Source: Octopus sinensis
Taxonomy: Eukaryota
Assembly: GCF_006345805.1 (NCBI RefSeq)
Contig: NC_043005.1
Span: 60,388,001-60,452,000 of the forward strand
Direction of reading: 5' to 3'
DNA: 64,000 bases
Shown here: in pieces, positions 1-12,646 of the stretch
Layout: each line of letters opens with the position of its first letter
Numbering within the stretch: the first letter of the stretch is position 1
Made by a program: the position numbers and the translations under genes
Notes under the pieces: model-generated
What the model was told of the DNA's origin: nothing
The model's database searches: none
Seen by the model: the letters and a program-made list of their open reading frames with translations, nothing else

Positions 1-1068
1 CTTTGTGTATATGGTTTCGGTTCTTATGTTGTTTGTATCCGAGCCCTTTATACAGTCTTTTTATATATCTCTAACTTTTTTATATTCATTATAGGTATGT
101 ACATATATGTATATTGTATGTGTATTACGCTGTTTGTTTTCCTCCTTCAGTCAATAGGCGTCAAGTCGTGTGGTGTGGTGGTGGGTGTTATTGTTCCATT
201 AGGGTTTTCCATTGAGGTCGGTCTGTCTATTTCTATGTGTGTAGCCTCTGCGATCTGTCTAAGTGTCGTATCAGTTCTATACTTTGATGCTACTTTAACC
301 TCTATGAGCCTCTATGTTTTGATTGAGCATACTGGTCGAGGACTGACGAGCCTTTCTCTTCTTTCAGCTCTCGCCAGTAGTCACATATACGCTTTCGTAT
401 GTTGCTTGTTGTCTCTCCAATATAAGTTGTTGTCATGCTTCTGCACCCTCCCTCAGTATATCTTAAGTTATACACTATATCCTAATCTTACATTTAACCT
501 GTGAGTTCATCCTACGTACAATACAATGTTCTCGGTACATGGGACCTATCAAAGGGATAAATTCTACAGATCAGGGATTTTATAGACCTCTTTATACTTT
601 AATCTGTAGGTTGGCGTTATCTAATGTTTTTCTAAAAAGGTATGCTAGTTCGCCCCCAGAGTAGTATCAACGAAAATGAAACTCTGGTTTTTTTGTTCTC
701 ATACCATGAGTTGTCCTTATCTATTTTTCCTGGTCCTTTCTATGATGTTCCATGATCTACTCCTGTATAACGGGCAGATAACCTTTGCATCACTCTCTAT
801 GATGGCTTTCTACTTAGCCCCGGCTTCTTTGTACGCTCTATTCCTGTCCCTTCGGTTGTAGCCAGAGAACTGCATGCGGTGAATGAAGTGTTGTACGTGT
901 CTTTCCAATTCCACAGAGTTGCACATTCGAGACAAATTCCTCATCCCTCTCACCAAGTATGCTATAAGAATATTGAACTTGGCGTTGTCTTTCGTGGTTT
1001 CGGATTTTTCCCTTTTTCTAGCGTGTTAGAAAATCGCCAAGTGGATTTTCCCTTCCTGTATAATTTTT
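1..1068 (-). mobile_element. Degenerate Penelope-like retroelement (Neptune-like), RT C-terminus + GIY-YIG endonuclease
   Basis: The minus strand, with stops and frameshifts, reads 'KFNILIAYLVRGMRNLS..HVQHFIHRMQFSGYN..CPLYRSRSW', 'ELAYLFRKTLDNANLQIKV', 'DIVYNLRY..C..TTYIGETTSNIRKRI' (GIY-YIG) and 'LRQIAEATHI'. Sub-clade assignment is from recalled motif similarity. Confidence 0.8.
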
Positions 1069-1073
1069 ATAGT

Positions 1074-1320
1074 GGAGGCGCGTGGCTTAGTGCTTAGGGT
1101 GTCAGCATCATGATCGTAAGATTGTCGTTTCAATTCCTGGACTGGGCGACGCGGTCTGTTCTTGAGCAAAACACTTCATTTCACGCTGCTCCAGTCCACT
1201 CACCTGGCAAAAATGAGTAACGCTGCGATGGACTGGCGTCCCGTCTAGCTGGGGAACACCATTGAAACCGCGAAACCGGGCCCATGAGCCTGGGTAGGAT
1301 TTAAAAGTGCGCATTTGTTT
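1074..1320 (+). mobile_element. tRNA-derived SINE with CORE-like central region
   Basis: A-box-like gtggcttagtgcttagg, B-box-like gtttcaattcc, then gttcttgagcaaaacacttcatttc. It truncates the adjacent PLE. Confidence 0.75.
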
Positions 1321-1427
1321 ATTATAATTTTTATACACACATATAGTATAATAATATTTGGAATCTACGGACACTTTTACTCATGCTGGCCACTGGTAAG
1401 AATTAATATTTAATGTTCATATAATTG

Positions 1428-1473
<46 letters not shown>

Positions 1474-1815
1474 TGATTCAGTAGGGTACGTAAATACCAC
1501 TTGCTATAACCAGAGCCATCGCTCCAAAACCGCCAATAACTCACAATTAAAATACACACGGGTAATGCAACGAGTATAGCAGAAACAGGTTAACCTTGCG
1601 TGGAATACAGAAGAAATGTGTATATTTCAATATCAATTAATTTCGCCGTCTGTATGAAAAAACACATTATTATCATTATTATCATAAATAACAGTAATAA
1701 TAATACTTTGATTTATATATATATATATATAAATAATTGTTGAAGAGGACACCAAACATTAAGGCAAGGCAAACATCTCAAGTCGCATACGATATTATTA
1801 TTGGAAAAAATTTCA

Positions 1816-1870
1816 GTCTTACAGCTGTTTCTGGGTTATCCGGGCTATGGGATATTCCGTCATCAGATAC
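1816..1870 (-). ncRNA. Minimal type-I hammerhead ribozyme motif (slightly degenerate)
   Basis: Minus strand: gtat-CTGATGA-cgg...ccca-GAAA-cagct-GTA-agac. Helix III is the palindrome ACAGCTGT; helix I has one mismatch. Confidence 0.6.
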
Positions 1871-2033
1871 AAACAGGGAAAAAGAAGGAAAACGAGTATG
1901 TTTGTTGTGCTCTTTAACAATTATATATCCGCTGCATCGGAAGTATGCAATGGTTTCATAACTACCGTCTCGGCTTTAACCTGGGAGCCCTAGTAATTCG
2001 TTACCTAGCGTACCTAATCGTTATATATATATA

Positions 2034-2433
<400 letters not shown>

Positions 2434-2489
2434 CGGAGATGTACTCGCATAGCAAGTAATTTGATCTGAGATTGTGTGCTGAAACGAAA

Positions 2490-2770
2490 ACAATTGCAGC
2501 GTGGAAGGTGTTTATAAGCCATTTAAGAAACACACAAAAACCGTTCGATTCACTTCAACATTTAAGTTTAATTTGTCAAAGTATTTTCGTCGCTAAAATC
2601 CGCGACCTGTTCACTGACAAAGTCCGTGCAGCACGGACTTTGTCAGTGAACAGGTCGCGGATTTTAGCGACGAAAATATTTTGACAAATTAAACTTAAAT
2701 GTTGAAGTGAATCGAACGGTTTTTGTGTGTTTCTTAAATGGTTTATAAACACCTTCCACGCTGCGATTGT
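2490..2770. repeat. 281-bp near-perfect palindrome (140-bp arms, 1-nt loop at 2630)
   Basis: Centre ...aaagtccgtgc-a-gcacggacttt...; 3 mismatches seen (2495/2765, 2518/2742, 2581/2679). Confidence 0.97.
2639..2688 (+). ncRNA. Putative atypical HHR with G3-C8 swapped core (mirror copy 2572-2621 on minus)
   Basis: tttgtca-GTGAACA-g-gtcgc(ggatttta)gcgac-GAAA-atat-TT-tgacaaa: 7-bp helix I, 5-bp helix II, palindromic AATATT helix III. The UUU cleavage triplet is suboptimal. Confidence 0.4.
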
Positions 2771-3524
2771 ATATATATATACTTCTGAATACATCACACA
2801 CCCGCACCCGCACGCGCACACATGTAGGTATCCCATTTTGACTGAAGAGTGTTCATTGCTGATATTCATTTTATTCTCGTCGTAGCTCTTCTCTCGCTTT
2901 CATGTTGCGTTCATGGCTGGCGTCATCACTCATGTACATTCGCATTATGCTGGTTGTAACTTAAGTAAAAATGTATTATGTGTTCTTGTATAAGAAATTA
3001 CGCCTAACATTTTAGGTTAAATCTTACGTAATCACCCTTACGTTTTCATGGTTTTATCGCCAGGTTTCCTTATATTGGCAATAATTCTTTCAGCTCATTA
3101 GATTGCGTGTTGTAATAATTTGTGAAACGCATTTTAACTGCGTCTATCGATTTCAGTAGAGGCGTAAACTCGTTACCTCTGTCTTGTATGTCTGTGTAAA
3201 TATGCTGATATGGGAATGTCCATGTTGCTGGTGATTGTGTGGAAGAATGTAAAACGTGTAGTTGTGTGAGAATCTCCATGCGTACGTCTTAAGAAATAGC
3301 AATGTTTCGCAGAGTTCAAATATTTCAGAAATTGTATGATGAATGATACACATACCATGAATAGAATGCTTTTGGTGCAACGGTTCTTGCAGCTATCTCT
3401 AAGCAACGTTCATTTCGGACTGGAATCAATACGAAGAAAGTAGCAAGTTATTCATGAGAACGGAGAAATATGATTACCGAGCAAAGTGAAGGTTCTAACA
3501 GAATGATGTTAATTGTAGACAAAA

Positions 3525-3611
<87 letters not shown>

Positions 3612-3641
3612 GCATATATACACAGACACACACGCATATAT

Positions 3642-3748
3642 GCTTCCTTTCGAACCGCATGGATCCAGGTTCAGTCCTACCGCGTGACTCCTTGGCCGAG
3701 TATCTTCTACTATAGCCTCGGACGTACCAAAGCCTTGTGGGTGGACAC
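3642..3748 (+). mobile_element. SINE 5' fragment (family of 10087-10532)
   Basis: gcatggatccaggttcagtcc...gagtatcttctactatagcctcgg matches the head of the 10087 SINE. Confidence 0.75.
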
Positions 3749-3997
3749 ATTAAAGTGTCTGCGCGCTAGATATAAGAGTCAAAACCTTCATTTGGAATAG
3801 CAAAACGTTTACACCGAAAACAGGCTCAACAGTAATGTGTCTTAATGATTAATATAATTTTCATTCTTTTGCTATACAATGCTATTTTTTAGGCCTATAA
3901 TTACCTGTATTAATGTTGCTATTGTTATCAAGAATGTATATGGCCTTCGATAATATTAATAACTTACAAATATCCGCTTCTGAATATTTTGCTGCTG

Positions 3998-4038
<41 letters not shown>

Positions 4039-4077
4039 TGTGTGCTTGTGTGTGCATGCGTGTGTGTGTGTATGCAT

Positions 4078-4127
<50 letters not shown>

Positions 4128-4812
4128 TTATATAAATGCGTTTGTGTATTTAATTATATATGCATGTAACTGCTAAACTTATGACCACATAACTCCATAC
4201 ACTCCCATATTTTGAATAACCGTTACGACTAGAGATTTTTCTCTCTAGAGATGCTGTTACATATTTACACAAATTTACAATTTCCCATTCCAATGGACAC
4301 GGATTGATTAATATTGGATTTTTATGTTTTTGTACATATGTAAATGAGTATGAACGTATATGTATTTACATATTTTCATATGTATCTTTTAAATGGATAT
4401 CTTTTATTTACTTATTTTACATTTATCTTATTTATTTTAAATTATCTTCATTTTTTTACCATTTTTTACTTTGTTTACTTTTGTATTCTGTCTTATTCTT
4501 TACTTTACTACTCATTATATTCTAATTAAACCGTTAACCCTTCTCCCACACATAACAATAAAAATGATAACTCATATTTAGCCTGCTTGCATGAACAGAC
4601 AAGTTGACAGGCATGTAATTTCTTAATGTATATATTTTTCTCTGATAAAATTAAACTCATAACATATAAATGCAAATTTAAAGCATAAATTCGTAATTTT
4701 CCTATTGGGCATTAATGCAAACGGCTGTAAAAAATAAAGATTACCAAATTTTTAATAATAAATAATTATTAACTTTTAAGTCTCCATTTTCTTTCCTTCA
4801 ATTAACTGAATA

Positions 4813-4892
<80 letters not shown>

Positions 4893-5262
4893 CCGAGAGA
4901 TTTGAAAAGTTAAGATCTGCTAGTAGTCGGGTTTAACACATAGTCCCACACCGCTGCAGACCTCGATTAAATTCAGGCGACTCGCTGATGAAGCTGGCCT
5001 TAGCAAACATATTCTGTGTTTTGCTAGAAAGAAGCAGAAACCGCGGTACGAGTTGTTAAAGTTATCGGTAAACGTTTTTGATTTTCACTCTCGATAAATT
5101 CATCCCCTTTTTGTGTTCCCAGCACTCGGCATCTTTATTTAGGAGCCCTTAATTGTATAACTACATGAATAATATTTTTCTATATGAATAATATTTTTGT
5201 CTTATGACTAATTCGTCTTTTGTGCTGGGCACCTGGTAGTAAATAATATTACTACCCTTCTT

Positions 5263-5298
<36 letters not shown>

Positions 5299-5342
5299 TG
5301 AGAGAGAAAGAGAGAGAGGGGGCGAGAGGACAATATGGGGAT

Positions 5343-6002
5343 AAACAAATAAAGCACATCAAATATATTAAATATATTAAATACATCAAATACAAAATAT
5401 GCATATATGTGTACAGGGAAAAACAAGTGAAAGCATGAGATGGAAACTTTTCGATGAATTTTTATGCATACATATATAGATATTTGATGTATTTGATATG
5501 TTTAATATGTAGTTATACATTAAATATATCTAATACATCAAATAGAAGATATGTACATATGTATACATGCAAAATGACAGAATGCACAAAGGGGAAACTT
5601 TCACACAATAAAAAAAACATATGAATATTTATCTTAATATGTATATATATATGGATTTTTACTTACACAGAGCACAAGTGGCAGAGAATTAAAGCAGTGG
5701 AGGAAAGGTGTTATAAGTCCAAAAACAGTGTCTGATGGCTCAGCGATCCATAATTATATTGGTAGAGCTCACTGAGAACCCAGAATCAGCTGTTGGATTT
5801 ATAAACATTTCGTTCTCATTTTTAATTCTCCGTCGTCTGTACTCTGTGTATGTTGGACCTATTAATATAGATACCCATATATTTTTATCGCCTGAAAGTT
5901 TTAGCTTTTTGCATTCATTCGTTTTGCATGTATACATAATTACATATTTTGAATTTTATGTAATTGATATATTTAATATATTTGATGTGTTTAATTTGTT
6001 TA
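5343..6002. repeat. Old, diverged inverted-repeat (fold-back) element
   Basis: acaaataaagcacatcaaatatattaaatat (~5347) vs atatttaatatatttgatgtgtttaatttgt (~5970); atgtatacatgcaaaatga (~5560) vs tcgttttgcatgtatacat (~5918). Confidence 0.5.
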
Positions 6003-6151
6003 TCTACATAATTGCTTTATCCTTCTTACAGCCTTACTTGATCTTGCGGGATGAGCCCCTGTAAAGACATAAGAGTCTATTTTGGATCTTAGTGCACTAC
6101 TGTCTTCTATACAAAGTATCTCTGGATCTCATCTGTGAAATATATATGTAG

Positions 6152-6192
<41 letters not shown>

Positions 6193-6405
6193 AACACATT
6201 TGATATGAACGTACAACATCTACACCTATATCTAGTTGGCTTGTATCATGGAAATAATTTCCATAAAATACTACACGAATAAACGAAAAGTATTTGAACT
6301 TTATACAGCTGTCATTGGCTTTTCACGAGTAATATGTGAGTACATCCATGCATGTGTATATATATACACACATATACATATATACATACATACGTATATA
6401 TATGC

Positions 6406-6504
<99 letters not shown>

Positions 6505-8670
6505 ATATATATATATATATATGCGTGTGTGTGTGTGTGCTTATATATATATATATATATATGTGTGTATGTGTGTGTATGAAAATCACATATGGGTGAG
6601 TGAGCGTGTATATGTGTGTGTGTGTCTGTGCGTGTGCGTGTCCATGGAAGATGTATGTATGCCTTTGTGTATATATTGATGAATAAATGAATGGATGCAT
6701 GTCTCTACGTATGAATGCATGCATGCGTTTATGAGTGCTTTTCCGTATGTATATAAAATTATGTCAGTGACAAAAACGTTCATGACAGTTCTGCTGCTTC
6801 AGTTTCTATAACAGTATATTTGCAGGTCTTTAGTAGGAGTTGGTTGCCATATGATGATGACTAATACTGTTTCTGATCACATGATGTGATCAGTTCCTAC
6901 CGACCGCTGCCAGCTATCTCAATATGAAATCTGAAACAGACTGTTGTGTGCTACTTTTTAAGATGGATATAAGCCGTGTACCGATATCGAATATCTCCTA
7001 TATTTGCTAAACAATTTTGACAAAGAGGGGGAAAGTTCAGTCAAGTACTGTTACAAAACGACAGTACGACTCCGATCAGGATCACCGTCGGTAAGGAAGA
7101 AAATTGCCTTTCCCAAAGATTTAAAAGATATACCCAAATCAGATAAAACAGCATAGAGACGCGATCACACACAAATGCACACACACATCTCCACACACAT
7201 ACATGTTATACTTAACATATGTACAGGAATATGTACCTATACATATATGTATTCATGTATATATGTATATCAATATTGCTCTCTGTTTTTCACTCTCTAT
7301 CTATTTGTCTGTATGTATGTATCTTTTTCTTTCTGTATGTATGTATGTGTACGTGTCCGTGTGTGTGTGTGTGTGTATGTGTGTGTTAGTACATATGTGT
7401 TATTTTTTGTGGTGAGCCAAACATTTTATATTTTGTTAACTTAATTCTATTATTCAAGATAGTACAAAAACGTCCGTGATTTCAAAGTAGTAGTCATTGT
7501 GTTGCACCGTCTGAAGCCTCGTTTATGTCAGTTCGTTCATCGAAGTTGATATCAGTTCTTGTCCTTCGAAGCCTCCACCTCCTCTTGGCTGAGGCAACGT
7601 TACGAGGGCAGGAAGTGAGCCATGAATCGAAAGAAGTAATAATCTGGAGATATCGTTCCGCAATCCTAACGTGCACGTGCAGCGGTTAAGCAACGGCCAG
7701 TTTCCCGAACCTCTCACCAAATATGGATGTTTCGGAAACAATGTGCCAGGCGAAGTTATCAAGGAGAAATTCACTACGGGTTCGTTCAGGACTGTAGAAC
7801 ATCATTGTCAACCAGTACCCCAAACAGCTGGAGTATGCCCTGTATTACAAAAATATCTGAACCTGGTTAACAGAAAACGAGCTCTTTTGTGTGTTAAACA
7901 TCCAGTTTACTAGTATGTCAGTTGAATACCATATAAATATTGATATAATGCAATTATGAAGATAAATTAGAGAAATACTATTGGCAATCTAATAATCTAT
8001 TTATATTATATTACATGATATATTATGAATATAATATAATATATAACATAAACAATTATTTTAAAAAACATAAAAGGCAAACAAATTGTTTCGACTATGT
8101 AATAGTTTATATATATTTTGATACAGTTATACATCCGGGAAGACTTAGATACTAAATTATATACATATATATACATACACATCTTATTGTTGCATATTTG
8201 GTGACCAGGGGCTATCTTGGACATGAAAGGGTTTCGATTGGCATGTGTTTGAGATGTAATGATGTGTCTTTCGATGGATATGGATTGCACTTACTTGCTT
8301 GTATCGTCCGTTAGAATGTTTTTCTTTTTTTCTTTTTTTTTAAATTTAAATTGATGCATGATTGAATAGTTAACGCTCACGCTCATAATACAAAGACAGT
8401 TGAATTAAGTTTTACAATCCAGCCGTCCTTTCACATGGAATTTCGTATATCTTTAAACCATTACGCTGAAGTCGCTTTATATATAAATGAACTGTTATTA
8501 TATATGTACATCAGAAAATATATATCAGCTGAAACAATTTGTTGGTCTTTTATGGCTTTTTAATATAATTGTTTATGTTGCATAATATTATGTTAAATGG
8601 TATTAATATTATATTATGTAAGATAATATAAATAAATTATTGGATTGCCAATAGGATCTCTCTATTTATC

Positions 8671-8740
<70 letters not shown>

Positions 8741-8754
8741 GAGAGAGAGAGATT

Positions 8755-8791
<37 letters not shown>

Positions 8792-9217
8792 GTAGGTAGG
8801 TAGGTAGGTAGGTAGGTAGGTAGGTAGGTAGGTAGGTAGGTAGAAAGATGCTTGTATGTATGTCTATCTCTGTTTATGTATATGCATACCCAGAAACACG
8901 CTAATAGCTTAGGAGTGAAATTTAGGATTTCTCGTTTTTCTGTGAATCGATTTTGATAAAACTTTTCCTAGATAGTTTGCCCATTATGACAACATCATTT
9001 TAATGTTTTCATTATTCTGGTTGACGTCCTCTGTTTTTTTTTTAAATTCAGATTCTTCAGTTTACGGGTGAACCACGCTAGTATCGTTTGAATGAAAATA
9101 ACCCGCCTCGACATACTCGTTCAGAAAATGAAGGCTAATGATACATATTAAGCATAGATTGGGTATGCATTTAACAGAAAACCCTAATAATATTACAACA
9201 TTTCTTGACATAATGGA

Positions 9218-9440
9218 TTATTTAGCCATATGAGCACCATTTTAACGGAAAACATCAAAACTTTATTAGTCATGGGATCTGTCAATTCCTTAATAGTAGT
9301 AGGCTGGACTGCCTCAGATGCAGCTTTGATGGTTGCACATAAGAATCTTTCGACGTAATCTGGCGTCCATCGGCATAAACATCTTGTTTAATGATGGACC
9401 AAAGATTTTCGATAGCGCTGAAATCCGAAGATGCCAGCAG
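9218..9440 (-). mobile_element. Tc1-like transposase C-terminal fragment
   Basis: 'SSDFSAIENLWSIIKQDVYADGRQITSKD' resembles the SPDLNPIENLW motif, followed by a degraded C-terminal helix. Confidence 0.7.
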
Positions 9441-10086
9441 CGAGACAAGCATACAGACACATGTATAGATATATACATGCATATAGACATGCATATAGAT
9501 GTGCATATAAATAGAAATAAATTCAATCCCCTCTTTATACATATGCGCGAGTGCGCCGGTGTGCGTGTGTATGGACTTATATTTATAAATACGCGAGTAT
9601 TATACTGAAAGTGCGTAGTTGTATCTGACAATCATTTATCATTTGAATGTGAGCATTTATTCCGCTACAGTAACTTCATTACGTCCCATTTGTAATATCA
9701 CTACCCGCTTTTACGTCTACCACAGAAGTACGATTTTAATTGTAATGCCTCTAGTGAACATCAGAGAATAAAATAAATATGTCTCCGAATATAAATTATA
9801 TAACATATCTTACAATCTATTTCTTTTCAGCATTTAATATATTTGCTAATCTCGTCACACATTAAACCGCTAAAGCGCAGCGATGGAGAAGAATTCAATG
9901 AATGCGTGTTTCGTTTACTTGATTGTCATGCAATTAAATCCGTACATTAGACTTTTTCCGTGACAGGATGAACATGTCAGCTCTATTTGCTATATGTACA
10001 ATTAATGAATATGGAGTTGGCAAATAATATCATCACAATTTAATTGATTATGAGTCTGACTTTCTAGATTTAATACTTTGTGAACA

Positions 10087-10245
10087 GATGTGGCTGTGTG
10101 GTAAGTAGCTTGCTAACCAACCGCATGGTTCCGGGTTCAGTCCCACTGCGTGGCATCTTGGGCAAGTGTCTTCTACTATAGCCCCGGGCCGACCAATGCC
10201 TTGTGAGTGGATTTGGTAGACGGAAACTGAAAGAATCTTGTCGTA

Positions 10246-10323
<78 letters not shown>

Positions 10324-10532
10324 TGTGTTTGTCCTCCTAGCATTGCTTGACAACCGATGCTGGAGTGTTTACGTCCCCGTCACTTAGCGGTTCGGCAAAA
10401 AAGACCGATAGAATAAGTACTGGGCTTACAAAGAATAAGTACCGGGGTCGATTTGCTCGACTAAAGGCGGTGCTCCAGCATGGCCGCAGTCAAATGACTG
10501 AAACAAGTAAAAGAGAGTAAAGAGTAAAGAGA
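10087..10532 (+). mobile_element. Full-length tRNA-derived SINE with internal (TA)/(TG) microsatellite
   Basis: Head tggctgtgtggtaag...ggttcagtccc, CORE-like ttgggcaagtgtctt, tail ggcggtgctccagcatggccgcagtc...gaaacaagtaaaagag. Multiple copies in the window. Confidence 0.9.
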
Positions 10533-11173
10533 GATGTAGCTGTTTGGTTAGGAATTTTGCATGACAACTATGTTGATTTCCGATCGAATTCTACTGAACG
10601 AAAGCTTAGGCATGTATTTTCAACAGTAGACTTGGAAAGCCCAAAGCCTTTCAAATGAAATTTAAGGGAAGAAAATAGTTAATTATGCAGGGAAAATGTT
10701 CCAGTTCTTGGGGATGGATATAATCCTGTGCGTGTTTTAACACCTGCTATAATCTTGTGCATATTTTAACAGCCAACGTCTAGAGAAATCGCTCTTGTCT
10801 GACGAGAACATACTTCCATCCTCTCACCTGTCACCAAATCACTGATAAATAACGTGCGTGTTTGTATTGAATTGCGTGTCATTTTGCAGAAGCGGATCGT
10901 ATGCACTGTACCTTACTCATAATCACAAATCGTAACCAATTATCCGGTTTAGAAAAACCGCTCATGTTCTCCCTATTCATTAAACAGTTTAATGTGACCT
11001 TACAAAATGTAATGTATGAACTCGTTATTCCTTTGATTATGCCATGAAAATGAGGAATTCTGAATTCGTTGGCTTTTTCGAATATTCATTGATGATCAAA
11101 TTTTATATATTTTTAGCGTATTGTCCTCGGTAAATTCGTTAAAACTTTTCTGAATTTAAATTTCATCTTGAAT

Positions 11174-11449
<276 letters not shown>

Positions 11450-11453
11450 ATAT

Positions 11454-11753
11454 TAGAGACAAAACCACTATTTTGCAAAACAAACAAGGAAAGACTTAAT
11501 CAATACATAAAATTTTAATAATAGTCAAAAAAACCGCCACTACAATCGTTTCTTGTCTTGATCGACAATCTTCAGGTGGACTTCCAATAATTCAATGTCA
11601 TAATTTGACACTGAATTATTGGAAGTCCACCTGAAGATTGTCGATCAAGACAAGAAACGATTGTAGTGGCGGTTTTTTTGACTATTTATTAAAATTTTAT
11701 GTATTGATTAAGTCTTTCCTTGTTTGTTTTGCAAAATAGTGGTTTTGTCTCTA
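11454..11753. repeat. 300-bp fold-back palindrome (147/148-bp arms, 5-nt loop taatt at 11601-11605)
   Basis: Runs tagagacaaaacc...tgtca|taatt|tgaca...ggttttgtctcta; one mismatch and one 1-nt indel seen. Confidence 0.97.
11627..11669 (+). ncRNA. Minimal type-I hammerhead ribozyme, canonical core (mirror copy 11537-11579 on minus)
   Basis: ccac-CTGAAGA-ttgtc(gatcaa)gacaa-GAAA-cgatt-GTA-gtgg; predicted cleavage after 11665. Confidence 0.8.
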
Positions 11754-11844
11754 TATTTTATAATATAATATTTTACTATAAAATCGATTTAATCCTAAAT
11801 CTGATTTTTTCCCTGTAAATTTGGATTTTTTCCCTAATATTTAT

Positions 11845-11889
<45 letters not shown>

Positions 11890-11895
<6 letters not shown>

Positions 11896-12646
11896 ATGTT
11901 ACATTACTCGGTAGTCAAGATAAAACTCTGAGTTTCAGATGCCGAAGTGGAAATCCACAACACCATCTCTTCGGTTATCTGGCTATTTGAAAACGTTATG
12001 AAAAAATACCGTTAAAAATGAAGGGAAATTACTCTGTTATAACTCTGCTTGCCTGCGTACTTATACATCGCTCGCATTTTTCGTCATAAAAATTATATAA
12101 AAATACATAAAAATATATAAAAATATATAAAAATATATAAAATCTTCTTGGGACATAACACAGAAAGCATGTTCTATCCATTTTCTTTAGGGGACCAAAA
12201 ACGTAACAGAAATTTAGTCACATGTGGGCATGATCCGAAAAGCTCTGTCCTTGTATTTAGACATGTGGTAGGGTCTAAGCTGCTTTTCCAGATAAGCCAT
12301 CTCTCCATGTCGCATAAACCGCACCTTCCGCTGCCGTTAGTATAGGGCTTACATCTGGCCAAAATCTTCCATTGTATGTTATAATCGACACCTTTATCTC
12401 TTAAAGACCAAATATGAGAGGCTAGAAATCCTCTTACTAATATTTTTAACTAAATGGGGGATGGCATGAACCTACATTAATATAACTTAGTCTATCATTG
12501 GGCTTCCTATACGGCTTATAAATATTATTATTAAGATCTAAGGAAACGTCTAAGAAATTGACAACCGTCAGGTTAGTGTCTATAGTTATACTAAGTCCGA
12601 AGTGTTTCATTAACTGGATAATATCCTTCCTAAAACGATCTTGTGC
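11890..12646 (-). pseudogene. Inverted, internally deleted copy of the PLE ORF/3'UTR
   Basis: Reads AQDRFRKDIIQLMKHFGLSITIDTN... Lacks ~560 nt (12843-13402 of the right arm; TCAT at both breakpoints) and ~14 nt near CHPP. Confidence 0.88.

Noticed and set aside
97-504. 135-aa plus-strand ORF
   Set aside because: It is the antisense shadow of the minus-strand GIY-YIG remnant.
1074-1150. tRNA gene (also 47285-47358)
   Set aside because: These are tRNA-like SINE heads continuing into SINE bodies; no complete cloverleaf was evident.
4985-5012. CTGATGA-agct..agc-aaac HHR-like motif
   Set aside because: It lacks the G of GAAA and a pairable helix I; at best a decayed copy.
7460-7550. Helitron Rep-like reading 'VIVLHRLKPRLCQFVHRS'
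   Set aside because: The resemblance is too short and weak, with no other Helitron motifs nearby.
12558-12646. Apparent N-terminus 'MTTVRLVSIVILSPKCFINW..' of the 362-aa ORF
   Set aside because: It derives from the antisense arm and loop of the fold-back; it is not a real start (non-ATG call).
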